From assembly GCF_041956535.1 (NCBI RefSeq), contig NW_027192208.1, positions 506,492-570,491 of the forward strand: DNA of 64,000 nucleotides, in the 5' to 3' direction. The first letter of the stretch is position 1; each line of letters begins with the position of its first letter. A program made the translations under genes and the position numbers. Below the pieces are notes generated by a model. That model had not been told where the DNA came from, made no database searches, and saw only the letters and a list, made by a program, of their open reading frames with translations. Below are positions 13,862-25,217 of this stretch, in pieces. The stretch is from Calcarisporiella thermophila CBS 279.70 (lineage: Eukaryota > Fungi > Calcarisporiellomycota).

Positions 13862-14216
13862 ATCACCATGCTTTTTAATTGACCTGTTTTTCATCCAGTT
13901 TCCGCTTTGTTTTATATGCTCTTTAATATGCTTCTGATGATTCTCCATATTTATATATAAATATATATATATACTTTTCCCATATGTGTATGTAATGGCT
14001 CCTTTGACCTTTTTTCTTCCTTAGCGTATTTTCTTCTCATACTTGTTTGCTGTGTACTATTATATTTTTGAAGAGATCTGGAATGGTTCTCCTTCATGAT
14101 TTTCAAGTTTTATATTTCTAGACTTATCAAGGAGATTAAAAGGAATCGTTTTTGGTGAAAAAGAGAAGAAACATATCTACATCCTTTCCAAATAGATAAC
14201 TATAGGATAGATACTT

Positions 14217-16067
14217 TTACTCGACATCACTCTGACACTTGGGGCAGGAGCACTCGTAACGATAGCGCTCCAAGTCCTTCTTGCGTTCCTCCAGGGATCG
14301 GTCGGCCACCTCTATAAAGCTCACTCGCAATTCGTCGCCCGCTTTAATGGGCTTCGCAGCAATCAAGCTCAAGGTGTGGTCCTCTCGGAAATCGACCTTC
14401 ACGTTAGGAACACAAGAGTGCACCATGTAGCTCGTTGCGCGGTAAAGACCAGAACCAATGATGGGTCTCTCGCGGGGACTGCGGAGTTGGTCACTAGGCT
14501 AAAGCGCGAACACGCACCGCGGAAATGCAAGTCAACCGTCAATTTTCCCTCTTACCAAATCTCTCGATGCCTAAATCTCTCACCTGAACAACTCCCTCAA
14601 CTCCGTATATTCCGTACAGGTTATAGAGCAATTTTCCTTTGAGTAGGAGGTATCTCTCGTCGTTCAAAAACTCCTCCACACCCGGTACTTTGCCGCGCAA
14701 TGCCACCTTCAGAGCCTCCATCTCACGCTCCTCCTCCTTGGTTTTGGGCAGATCGAGGTAACGCAGCCTCTCGATATGATCCCAGGCGGTTTCTTCGGCG
14801 GCGTTTGGATCGGTGACCTTCTGCATCTCATCATGAACCATGGTGGTGAGGAATCGGGCAATCATCGATGGAATTTTGGAGGATTGTTCGAGCTCATGCA
14901 ACGGCGCAGCCTCGGGGCCGCAGATATGGTTGTGATATTTGGCAGCGGCCTTGTCTTTGCAAGAGGTGGAGCAGTAGACAGCCCGATCGCACTTTTCGCA
15001 AGAAATTTTGGACTCATCGGTCACCTTACGCATGCAATAATCGCAAAATTCTTTGCCCTGAAAAAGAAAAACCCATTACGGGGGGTTTGAGATAAAGACA
15101 CATCACGACAAATCACAGGGCAGAAACGAACCAATAGCTCGGGTTCCAACATAGAGAGTAACGGTTCCTCACGATAGATCAGCTCGTTGGCTTCGAAATC
15201 TTTGGTAGCTACAAGGGCACGGCGTATGATTGTCTTACCGTCGGCAGTGTGTCCTTCCGGAATCTCTCCGATCTTCACGTTCCATTCTGCAGGCGGGTAG
15301 GACTCGTAGTATTGCTCTTGCTTACGCTTGATCTACACAAACGAATACGTGAATAGATCATATTAAACTTTAGAAAGCGATCCAGAGCACCCACATCAAG
15401 CTGCATCATCCCCATAACCAATGCAAATACACTCTCCGGAATGGTTTTTTGGTAGATCATTACTAGCTCCATCGGTTGCGGATAGACCTTGAGAGCCTTA
15501 AAGAAGCAGATTGCGGCTTCCTGGTGTTTGCTTTCACCTGATAGAGTTTAATTTTCGAGGTATAAGCTAAGGGCCGCCGTGGATTCTTGATAACCAGCAT
15601 TATCTTACCCTGAACAAAAAGTGCTTCTCCCTTGGAGATGTAATCCATGAAATATTTCTCTTTTGCCTCCACTGAATCGGGGAATTTCTCTTTGTCCACC
15701 TCCTCCAAAGCACTCTTGAGCGAATCGAGGAGTTCCTTCTTGCTCGCCTCTTCCTTCTCCTGTTTGACCTTTTGTGCCCTCTTTTTCTCTTTCTCTACAT
15801 AGAATTAAAAATAAAGAATATTCATAGATTAGCAAAAGTGGGCTGCATGGTACCGAAATGGGTTGATCCATCGAGTTTTAGTATCGTGTTTCATGATTGA
15901 AGGATGTAGCCTATGTCTGAGCTGTCAATCGTAAGCGGAAACTTACTCAATTTTCTTCTGAACTGCGGATCATTTCTTCGCTTGTGATCAAAGTAAATTG
16001 CATATCCAACTCCAGCAGCCGCCAATGCGCTCAAAACACACAGCGTAATCACTGTCGATTGCTTCAT
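14217..16067 (-). CDS. TOM20: Tom20 (MAS20) mitochondrial import receptor fused to a SMYD-type SET/MYND domain
   Basis: N-terminal TM plus 'GYAIYFDHKRRNDPQFRRKL' and 'FFKALKVYPQPMELVMIYQKTIP' identify Tom20. Phase-0 intron 15333-15394 joins it in frame to 'RALVATKDFEANELIYREEP', the MYND cysteines, 'VHSCVPNV' and post-SET 'CSCPKC'. Confidence 0.88.
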
Positions 16068-17277
16068 TCTGATCTTCTCTTTTTGTATCTTTAAAAGATA
16101 AAGAAAAATAGAGAAGACGGAAGTAAATTCAAAGGTAAGAGAACGCGAGATATAGGCGCAGGGACCCGTATTTTGTAAAATTCGGAGAAAGATTTTTTAA
16201 CCGAAAACAAAACTTCGTGGTAATAAAATATTTTTTCTCAATAAAGAGTGAGAAAATCACACATTTCAATGAATTTTCTCCAACATCGATGGAAAAGAGG
16301 GCCAAGCACAATTTCTCATACAGCCTGCCACCTCAGCTCGAGATGATTAAATAGAGATATAGATAGAAATAGATAGGTGTACCCCTATACCATAGTTGAG
16401 GGAACATCATACAAGCTGGTGTTTCAGCAGACATTTATGTACCATTAAAACATCGCACTGGACAGTTTAATTTTTAAAGAATCTTCCCAATCATGTGAAG
16501 AGATACCTCCATTAACATTGAATAAGGTGCCTCCTGTCTGAATTGGGTTAATATGCCATTCATAAAACACAAAAGCAAGCATTAAGGTGTCTATATCTTC
16601 TTTATTAGCTATCCAAAAATTAGCATGCAAATAAAAAAAAAATACGCCGGCTGCTAAAATAAAAAGGAGAACAGTAGATATTAGGAAAAGCAGCAACCGT
16701 ATAAATAAATAGTCTCGAGCATTTATTTATTTTCGAGTGGCTTTCAAAGAAATACTCGGAGCCAAGAAATAGGGAAAATGATTTGATTGGATGTTGATAT
16801 CTAGTATGTGTGGTAATAAATTTTTGCGCTTTTAAATTGGAGGTTGCCCGTGGATATGTACAAGACCTCGTGAAAATACGGGGCAAAGTAGACTTCGATG
16901 CAATATAGTTTTAAAGCACTATGGATGAGTTTATGTAAACTCCCGTTCTCTCATCTCGTTAAGAGTTCCTTTTTCCGAATTTCACCTTGTCGGATAAGGA
17001 TTTTCCGAGTCCAACTACCAAATACTTCAATGGATATCATAGAGGTTACCTATGTTTCCATGGGGCATGTAGAGCGCTGTGAAACATGGTTAGACGATAC
17101 TTGTATCGCGTTCGAGTAAACAACACGCAATGCTAATTACTCGAAACACAAGCTTCATGCTTTCTAGAGTGTACGAGCTCCTTCAACCGATCATCTTAAT
17201 AAATTTTATATAATGAAGTGAATATAAAAGTGGGAATACAAAATCTTACAGCTAAAAAAAAAATCGAGGCTAGATAG

Positions 17278-18386
17278 TTATTGACTACTCCTTGCGCTGT
17301 CTTTGAATGCTTTCCGAATGCGTTTAAGAAATCCGAAAAAATCGCGTGTTTCGTTTAGCCACGCTACTAACTCGTTTATATTTTCAATTTGAGGATTGCA
17401 TTTCGGAACTAGAGGTAGAGAGAGAGCAAGAGAAAAAGATGGAGCATTAACATCAAGATGAATCATAAGCCAAAGTGAAAAATCAAGGATCTTTACCCTT
17501 GTACACTCGCTCGCTAACATCCACGGTGAATGAGTACTCTTTATCCCAATTTTTCTCGTTGATATGCGTGAACACAAATTTGAGCCAATTACCTATGGAT
17601 AGCCGAGGGTAAGCAAAAGTAAAGTAAAAATTACATGCAGCAAGATACTACTCTTCACGCTATGGATCTTCATCGCCAACTTCTCTTCGTAGCATCTAAG
17701 CTCCGGTTCGTTCCTTGATTTTTTTGCTTCGAGGGCCTTGATCCTTGCAATCCTCGCTAGAATATAAGACGATAAATGGAATGTTCTTGACCATAGAGAC
17801 GTTTAAGATAATACCATCTTTTTTTCGCTTCAATTCGACGCGGATTTGATCTAATTGTGCTTGGAGGATGGCCTTGCGATCCTCTATAGACTCTTTCTGC
17901 TTGCTGAGTTCGTATATCTTGTTCTGCGCATCATCCAGCTCTCGCTGTTCCCTTTCCATCGCTAATTGTAGCATGATGTTAGAATGACATAATTAAAACT
18001 TCGTGTTACGTAGACCTCTACATACTCTCTGTAAGTGCGGCTTCTTGTTTCTTATAATGCTCCAGCTGCTCCTTCAAGCTAGCAAAGCGCTCTTTGTGGT
18101 CGTTCGCAAAGAGAGTGGGCCCAGAATTAATCGCTGAATAGTAACAGCAGCTACAATATATGCTTAGCTCACCTCTGCTTTCAGCTATACTCTGCATCCA
18201 TTTTTCCTGCTTGTCTAGGATCTGATTTTTTTCATTCTCCACGTACATGTCGAATTTCTTCAGGAATAATGAGGTTTTCTTGCGTAGTTCATCATACCGA
18301 ATATTTGCAGATGGGAGAGTTAGACTGAGGGGAGTGGACAATGGAACGTTGCTGGGTTCGGTTTTCATCGCCGCTGAGACTGACAT
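17278..18386 (-). CDS. SPC25: Kinetochore Ndc80-complex subunit Spc25 (multi-exon)
   Basis: Long coiled coil followed by 'LKFVFTHINEKNWDKEYSFTVDVS' and 'CNPQIENINELVAWLNETRDFFGFLKRIRKAF'. Confidence 0.88.
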
Positions 18387-18424
18387 GGTAGGGTAATGTA
18401 TTAAAGCTATTTTGAGAAAATTGG

Positions 18425-18439
18425 ACGCGTTTGTCGCGT
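18425..18439. promoter_or_regulatory. MCB element (ACGCGT) plus a near-match (TCGCGT) about 40 bp upstream of SPC25
   Basis: ACGCGT at 18425-18430 and TCGCGT at 18434-18439. Confidence 0.5.
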
Positions 18440-18885
18440 CTCTCATTCAAATGGTGGATTCAACTGACGTCAAAGGAAACACGCAGTCACAAGAATTTTA
18501 TAGGAGAAGGCTAACTCATCTGGCCAAATATGGGAGTAGAATCTGCTTCGTTCGAAGAAGCACTCTACAGCATACCACAGCCTCAAGTGCTGTCAACTGC
18601 TGCAAGAGGTATATTTAAGCATTTTGTAAATTTGTTAGAGAAGCCGTGTTCACCCAGTATCTTGATCAGGTATTAAGGAACTTGAGCTCGGGATATTGTT
18701 AGCACTTCTGGGGGTATTTGGACAATGGGATACTTTGATCCAAAATGCATCCCATATATACGTTGATGGTCGGTTGGTAATCGCCTCATGGTTCGTGGCC
18801 CAGTTTGCAGCACTCATGCAAATAGCGGTGGATTTCCTCGACACTCTCCCAGGGAGATTCAGGGGAACGCAAGAGAGTTACACAA

Positions 18886-18910
18886 TTTTCGCGTTTTCGC
18901 GTTTTCGCGT
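18886..18910. promoter_or_regulatory. Three tandem TTTTCGCG (= CGCGAAAA, SCB/MCB/E2F-like) elements in the SPC25-ECO1 divergent promoter
   Basis: TTTTCGCG x3 exact, 140 bp upstream of the ECO1 ATG, with an inverted CCAAT (ATTGG) just downstream. Confidence 0.6.
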
Positions 18911-19049
18911 TTTTTTATTTCTCGATTGGTACCACATTAGGTTGATTTTCACTTTGCTTACAGCTCGACCTATTCCTGCCAACGTTAATTTGAGCTCGGA
19001 ATACATTCTTTACTTTTTCCCGGATTGTTTCCATCGTTTATCCACGTCA

Positions 19050-20223
19050 ATGCCGATCACTAGCAAGACGGGGCAGCCGTTAGCCGCGGATGAGGGTGCA
19101 CCAAAGACACCAACGTAGGTCATGTGTCCATTTCTTAGTTTCGTACTAAATTGACCCGCGTCATTACTATCTGCAGGAGACCGGTGGTGAGAATGACTTA
19201 TTCGAGTCGCCGTAAGAGAATAGAGAGTCCCCCAGATGAGTAAGTGTTTGAAACTCCAGGACACAAGCTATCTTGAGTGGTCTTATCTTTTCTTAAAGTG
19301 CCTTCATTTCCACAGAGTACCCTAAGCGCCGGAGGCACATTCGAACTTTCGACCTATCTACCCTGCTTTCCCGTAAAAATTCGTCCAACAACCCTAACAA
19401 AACCCCAACCCGAGCCGGTAGTCAAAAAGGCCCATCCTCTCTTGATGCAAAGCCTGTCAAGCGCCAGCTCCAACAGCTTTATCTGGATTTTGGCCAAAAA
19501 AACGTTGGGCCGATTACGTGCAAAGAATGCGGCATGTCCTATTCGCACGGCACCGAAGATGACAAGCTACATCAACGCTTCCACCGGAGCACCACGAGCC
19601 GTCTTGAATACCCGGGCTACCGGTCAGAGCGGGTGGTGTCGTGGTGTGGCGATACGGGGGCAAGGATCGTTCTAGTTGGTGAGGGCGGCAAGGGCGAGCA
19701 ACAAAAGGCACAGGAGATCCTGGAGATATTACTCAAGGAGACGGAGGGAGTGTCGTATAGGGAAGAGCAGCTGAAAACTTGCAAAACCTATCTTTACATT
19801 CAAGGGAAATGGGTCGTTGGCTGTGTGGTGGCTGAATCACTCGACTCGAGTCGTCCTGTGACCCTCGCGTCAGAGCACTCTCCGCGGTCGCTTCGAATGG
19901 ACACCCCCCCCCTGACCTCGCCTGATATTGTCGGGGATTCGGTGTATGAAAACGTAGACAAAGAAAGGGGCGAGAGCGCGGAGGATTTTTTCACCGCTCC
20001 CAGCCCTGTTCGGCCTGCATGTGGCATATCCTTCGTGTGGGTTCGAGCCGATATGCGCCGACACAAGATTGCAACAAGGATGTTGGATACGGTGAGAAGA
20101 AATTTCGTGTATGGATTTCCTCTCTTGCCCTCGCAGCTCGCCTTTCGTCACTTGACAGAAAGCCTAAGGCCGTTCGCAGCGCGATACGTGGGCACCGACC
20201 ACTTCCTCGTATATAATGAGTAG
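19050..20223 (+). CDS. ECO1: Cohesin acetyltransferase Eco1/ESCO2 (3 exons)
   Basis: 'QLYLDFGQKNVGPITCKECGMSYSHGTEDDKLHQRFH' zinc finger and acetyltransferase 'CGISFVWVRADMRRHKIATRMLD...LAF'. Two introns near 19115 and 19240 reconstruct one frame from ATG 19050. Confidence 0.9.
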
Positions 20224-20592
20224 GTTTGGACCCCGAGCGAGTATCTACCCACGGGGACCTCTCTACCTCCTCCTATACCTATTGATATCCATTCTACGTA
20301 TTCATTTACCAATCGGGTCGTTCTGAACCATTTCATGTATCATGTAATTAGCATTTCCAAAGTGCTTTTCAAGGAAATCATAAACCATGGAATTATTCAA
20401 TCGCAGCTATTTTCATTTTACAAATTAGAGAAAATTTAAGAATCAAGCTCTCTGATATAACGCTGAATCGAAAGCGCGTCCATCTCGTGAATTCATACCA
20501 TGCAAAAATGCTCTCGGTGTTCTCGTTGTCCGCCCTGCTTCTGCACTCTATTTCAGAATCTAAATGGTTCGCACCTCCCCGCCCTTCGGTCC

Positions 20593-22731
20593 ATGTTTTC
20601 CTCACTTCACCCGGCCTCAAAACGTAACAGCTCCAGTATACTTCCACTATGGTGTGAGCTCGAGGATCTGGATTGGCCTGTAGAGATCAACGCAACTATG
20701 ATGGAACAGGACTGGGATAGGGAGTGCCTGTGGCGGTTATCGGGATGGTATCTTGGAATGGGGCTAGCCCGTTTGGAAAAATGGGGAGAAGCAGCCGAGA
20801 TATTCGAAGAAATACTGACAGGGTCTCTCGGTAAATTAGGCATAATAGATGGAGTTCCTTCTACCTCTAATTTACATCTAACACTGACAGTGAATGATGA
20901 GGGTATAGACGAGATGAGTTTGCGGGGCAACATTATTATCTGCCAATATATGGTATTAAGAGATCATTCTTGTAGAACTTGGAATTTATTATTTTAACCA
21001 CTCGAGGAATGAATAGCAGGCAAAGGACAAGTCAGCCCTGAACAAGCTGGCCAAGTTGCTTGATCAGTTAATGTGTACGCGCATTTCTTACTATTACCAC
21101 TCCTAGGCTAACTAATCCACCATTGATCCTATCCAGTCATGCCCAGCACCCGAGGTCAAATGGAACTTCGACTTGTGACGCTTCATAATCTTCTTTTTGC
21201 CTACATGCGAGAGTCAGAGGACGAGGTATCTCTTGGCACTCGACTTCCTGAATATCTTCGACGAATCGTTCGATCCGACGCATCCCCTACTCCCGAGGCA
21301 CTGATTCGGTCGCTTCATTGCCTTGCTCTAAGTATGGGAGGAGGAAAAGAGGGGAGCCTGGTGAGCTATATGACCGAAATAGCAGGTGCCTACGGTGTGT
21401 TGGCGCTCCTCCACGAGAAAACTCTGCTAGCGCGTACCTGCCTAGATGTTTTGACTAGCCATTCACGGATATTAAGCGGAAACGCGACTTTGATAGCCTG
21501 GACTCTCTGCACTGTCTATGGCGTAACCCCCCTTGAATTACCACCCCTATCCCCTGCTGATGATGAGCAGCCTCCTTATGCATTGTATGTACACGCCCAT
21601 TCCCTATCTCATCATCAGCCATTAGAAGCCCTCAGGGCCTTTGCACGTGCTGCCAAGCAGCCATCCGCCTCCCCACTTCTTCGTGCCCACAGCTACAATA
21701 TGATGGGAATATGTCTTCATCGCCTCGATAAGCCTAATGCTGCCTTTGTGCGGTGGAAACAAGCCCTTGGTTGCCTGGAGGGCAAAGATGCATATGAGAC
21801 GATCTGGAACATTGCTAGCGCACTTCGAGGCAGGGAGGAGGAGAGGGAAATCTTGAGAGTGTTGGCGGATGAAATATTGCCGGAGGTAGAGGATAAGCGC
21901 TATCTGACAAAAGCATTAATACGATTAACAGAGCTATTGCAGCAAACTGCATCTGCCGACGTTGACCATTATCTCTCCCTCCTTCTCCAGCTTCCGGGAT
22001 TACCCCCCACTCTTCGCCGTCAGGCCACTCGCGATAGGATCTGGTACCTTCTCGCCTCCAATCAGGCCGAAGAAGCAGCCAAGGAATGCAGGCGAGTATT
22101 GGCCGTGGACACTAACGATATTGTGTGTGCGATCTATTTGGCAGATGCCTTGTGGCGCATGGCAGTGACAGAGGAAAGGGGGGAAATAGAGGAAGGGATA
22201 CGTGTCTTAAGGCGAGCGGAGTTGATTCTGGAAGGGGTGTTGAGATGGAAGCGGGAACTTGTTAACAGGAGAGATGGAGAGATGAAGATGGAGGTGGATA
22301 TGACGCCAGGAAACGAGGAAGAGGAAGAGAAGCCGGTCGAAGAGCAGGAAGAACGACCAGTAGTCTCTCGGGAAACTATACAGAAAATCCACGATTCAGG
22401 CCTGTCGGCGCGACTCTTTCAAGATCTAGCCACGCCTACCGCCCTAAAGGTAAGTCATTTTCAAATGGATGGAAGAGATAGTTTGACCCATGTTCTTGGT
22501 TATACACTCTAGTCGAGAGTGCATAATAATCTGGCGGTTTTGTACTATGCCGGCGGGCGGACCGAGGAGGCAGTGGCCGAAATGCGAAAAGCACTTGTAC
22601 TGGATCCGGGTATTCATTGGTTTCGAAATTGCAGAATAGCTAGAGTCGAGCCTAACTTCGCATACCACCTTTGTTTGCTATTAGAAAATGAACAAGTTGC
22701 CGCTAACCTAGAGGAGATGTTACGGAGATAA
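20593..22731 (+). CDS. TPR-repeat protein of unknown function (multi-exon; start uncertain)
   Basis: TPR-like segments 'YLGMGLARLEKWGEAAEIFEEIL', 'SYNMMGICLHRLDKPNAAF' and 'HNNLAVLYYAGGRTEEAVAEMRKALVLDP'. Confidence 0.65.
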
Positions 22732-23191
22732 TTGGACCCTGAGTGGCCGAAGACAAGAAGACAACCAAGGTCACGAATTTTGATAGAGCATGCGGTCTAC
22801 CGGAATAGCATCCACGATGAGATGGAGGATTTGGCCATGTATCTTACATGCTCCAAAATCTTTCAAAATCTCTGTACAGATTCATATTCCGAGCTTAGGT
22901 AGTCCCTCACCCCCTCGCACTTTGATATGAAGTCCAAGTTTACCGAGAATAAATTGAATCAAGAGTCCTCCCCTTATGCTGGCTACCATGCCAAAATATG
23001 ACAGGAGACGAGGATTTCGATTTGGGATTCGGAGTGAAAAATAGGGAAGAAGGGCGGAACGAGGTATTTTAGAGTTTCAGATGGAAAAACGGCACTCTGC
23101 CTTTGCCACCGATTTTTTTTTTTTTTCCTATCCTCTCAGCCTCCACAAGGGTTTCTCCTCCACGAGATCAAGAACATCGAATGAATTAACG

Positions 23192-23523
23192 ATGGCCAAT
23201 CCAAAGGTTCAAACCTCCATCACTTCTTCACCGGCCGCCCCCTCTAAAGTCGAAGAGTCAGGCCCTCCCGACATCGACGACAAGCTGTGGCGTACCGAAA
23301 TGCTTCTCGATTCTGAATCAAAGAACTGGTAACATTTCTCGATCTCCATCGGGATTGGCAATGTCTATAAGCTTTATGTTTTGGTAGGTCGTGGGCCGAG
23401 CTTGGCGCTGGCCACAACATTCCGCGCCCGGATTCAGCCTCGCTTCCGAAGCTGGATGAGCAGGACACAACGCCGGTAGTGCACCGAGAAAATGAAGGAG
23501 AGGGAGGATTGGAGGAGGGATGA
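23192..23523 (+). CDS. Small (~90 aa) acidic hypothetical protein, 2 exons
   Basis: ATG 23192, intron GTAACA...TGGTAG (~23329-23387), spliced frame ends TGA at 23523: MANPKVQ...DIDDKLWRTEMLLDSESKNWSWAELGAG...EEG. Confidence 0.5.
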
Positions 23524-23654
23524 AACACACTGCATTTCCAAATGTATAGTACTGTGAAAAATGGACTTTGTCTTTCCCAGTAGGGGGTGCAATGAATGTG
23601 ATGTAAGCGTTTCCCATTATTATTTCGGTATCCAATGACAATAAAAAGCTATTA

Positions 23655-25217
23655 TTACGGGGGGAATCTTTCCATAATGGCATGTCTAATTGATCTCGCG
23701 AGTATCAGGGCCAAGGGATGGCGCCTTCGAAGCATCCACCAGAAAACCAAAAGGCCTATGACCAGGTCGAAGAAAGCATGCCACATCATAGCCTATGCAA
23801 CAAGACACAGAGGCAAACAGGGTTAAATTTCGGTCTTTCCACAGCTCAACAAAATAGCCGACCTTGAGGACACCGAGGAGTGTTCTGTAGAGCCAGAGCC
23901 TGCGTTCAGCGCGCTGCTCTAGGCCACCGCGGAGGATATCGATGCGTTCGTTCAATGCCGCAATTTGGGTCTGCAGCATCTCGAGCCCTCTCTCGACGAC
24001 AGCGTTCGCATTGGTTACGAGCGGGAGAGGCCTCCTTCTCAGTGCGGGAGGGGCCCTAGAGCGGGACAAAACGGGGGGAGCCGCTGTAAAGCGGCCACCT
24101 GGGGTTTGGGGGGGAGGCGCGAGAGATGAGCTGGGGATGGCTGGGACTTGCCGGACGGAGCGAGCTACCTGTTGAGACCAGCGAGATACCGACTCAGCTT
24201 TGTCGCGATTTAGATGCTTGTACTGGGAAGTGGTGGAATGATAGGATCGTGCCGTGGATGCTATGGAGGGAGGACGACGGGAGGGCAGAGCGGGGGCGGG
24301 ATGCAAGGGGGGATGCTCGTTTTCCGAGGTCGAGAATGAGGGGTCCGAGAGCGGGGTGAGGCGTTCTTGAGCCTCTTGGAACTCCTCCTCGACCTCCACC
24401 GCATCCTCCACCCTCTCAAAGTATGCTCTGTCTCCTTCTCCTATCCCGGGCTCTTTCTTCTCCTCTTCCTCCTCCTCCTCTTCACCTTCGGTTTCTTCTC
24501 CTTCTTCGTCGTCGTCGTCTTCCTCCTCTTCTGCATCCCCCCTCTCTTCTTCCGCACCTCTTTGGTTGTAATCTCGATTATCGGATGTATCTCCCGAGTC
24601 CACCTCATATCCGTCTAAGGAGGGGGAATAAAAAGGCGCGATTAGTCTTCATTCCCAGCAATCCAAGCCTGCGCATCGGGTGCAATCCCACCTTTGATAT
24701 TCTCGTCATTCACTCCCTGCAGAACATTGATGTATTCCAGCACCTGGTCCCTTTCCGGATGACGCTTCAAGATTTGGACCAGCGTGTCGACATATCGGAT
24801 CTTGGCTTCTGTCTGACCTATACCACGGAATTTGCTCCACGCATCCCTACACATCATAAAAAAAGGATGACTTCGCTTCAGGTTGGGAGGGAAATCACGA
24901 GAGGACAAGATTCGGACCATTTCTGTCGGCCCACCACATCCCAGATGGCGGGCCTGCTGCCCTGGCAATCTCCAAGCAGCGCTTGCTTATACAGCCCATA
25001 CAGCTAAGCGAGACAAGGATCCGTGAGATGGATGCAAGGAATCGATCCGTCGGGGAGGCAGATGACTTACCAGGAGCTTCTCGTCCGATGTCGGCTTGAT
25101 GTCGCGGGTGGAGGGCATCGACATGAATGAGAGCGCGAGGCGGAATCGGGTGGCGGGGTCCATGCCCGAGCCTCGGCCGGCAGCACTGGATGAGATGGAA
25201 GGAGCAGGCTGGGCCAT
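23655..25217 (-). CDS. Acyl-CoA-binding-domain tail-anchored protein (ACBD4/5 / Atg37-like)
   Basis: ACBP domain 'PTSDEKLLLYGLYKQA...WDVVGRQKWDAW...EAKIRYV', then an acidic tract, a coiled coil 'LQTQIAALNERID', and a C-terminal TM 'AFFDLVIGLLVFWWML' followed by RRR. Confidence 0.85.
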
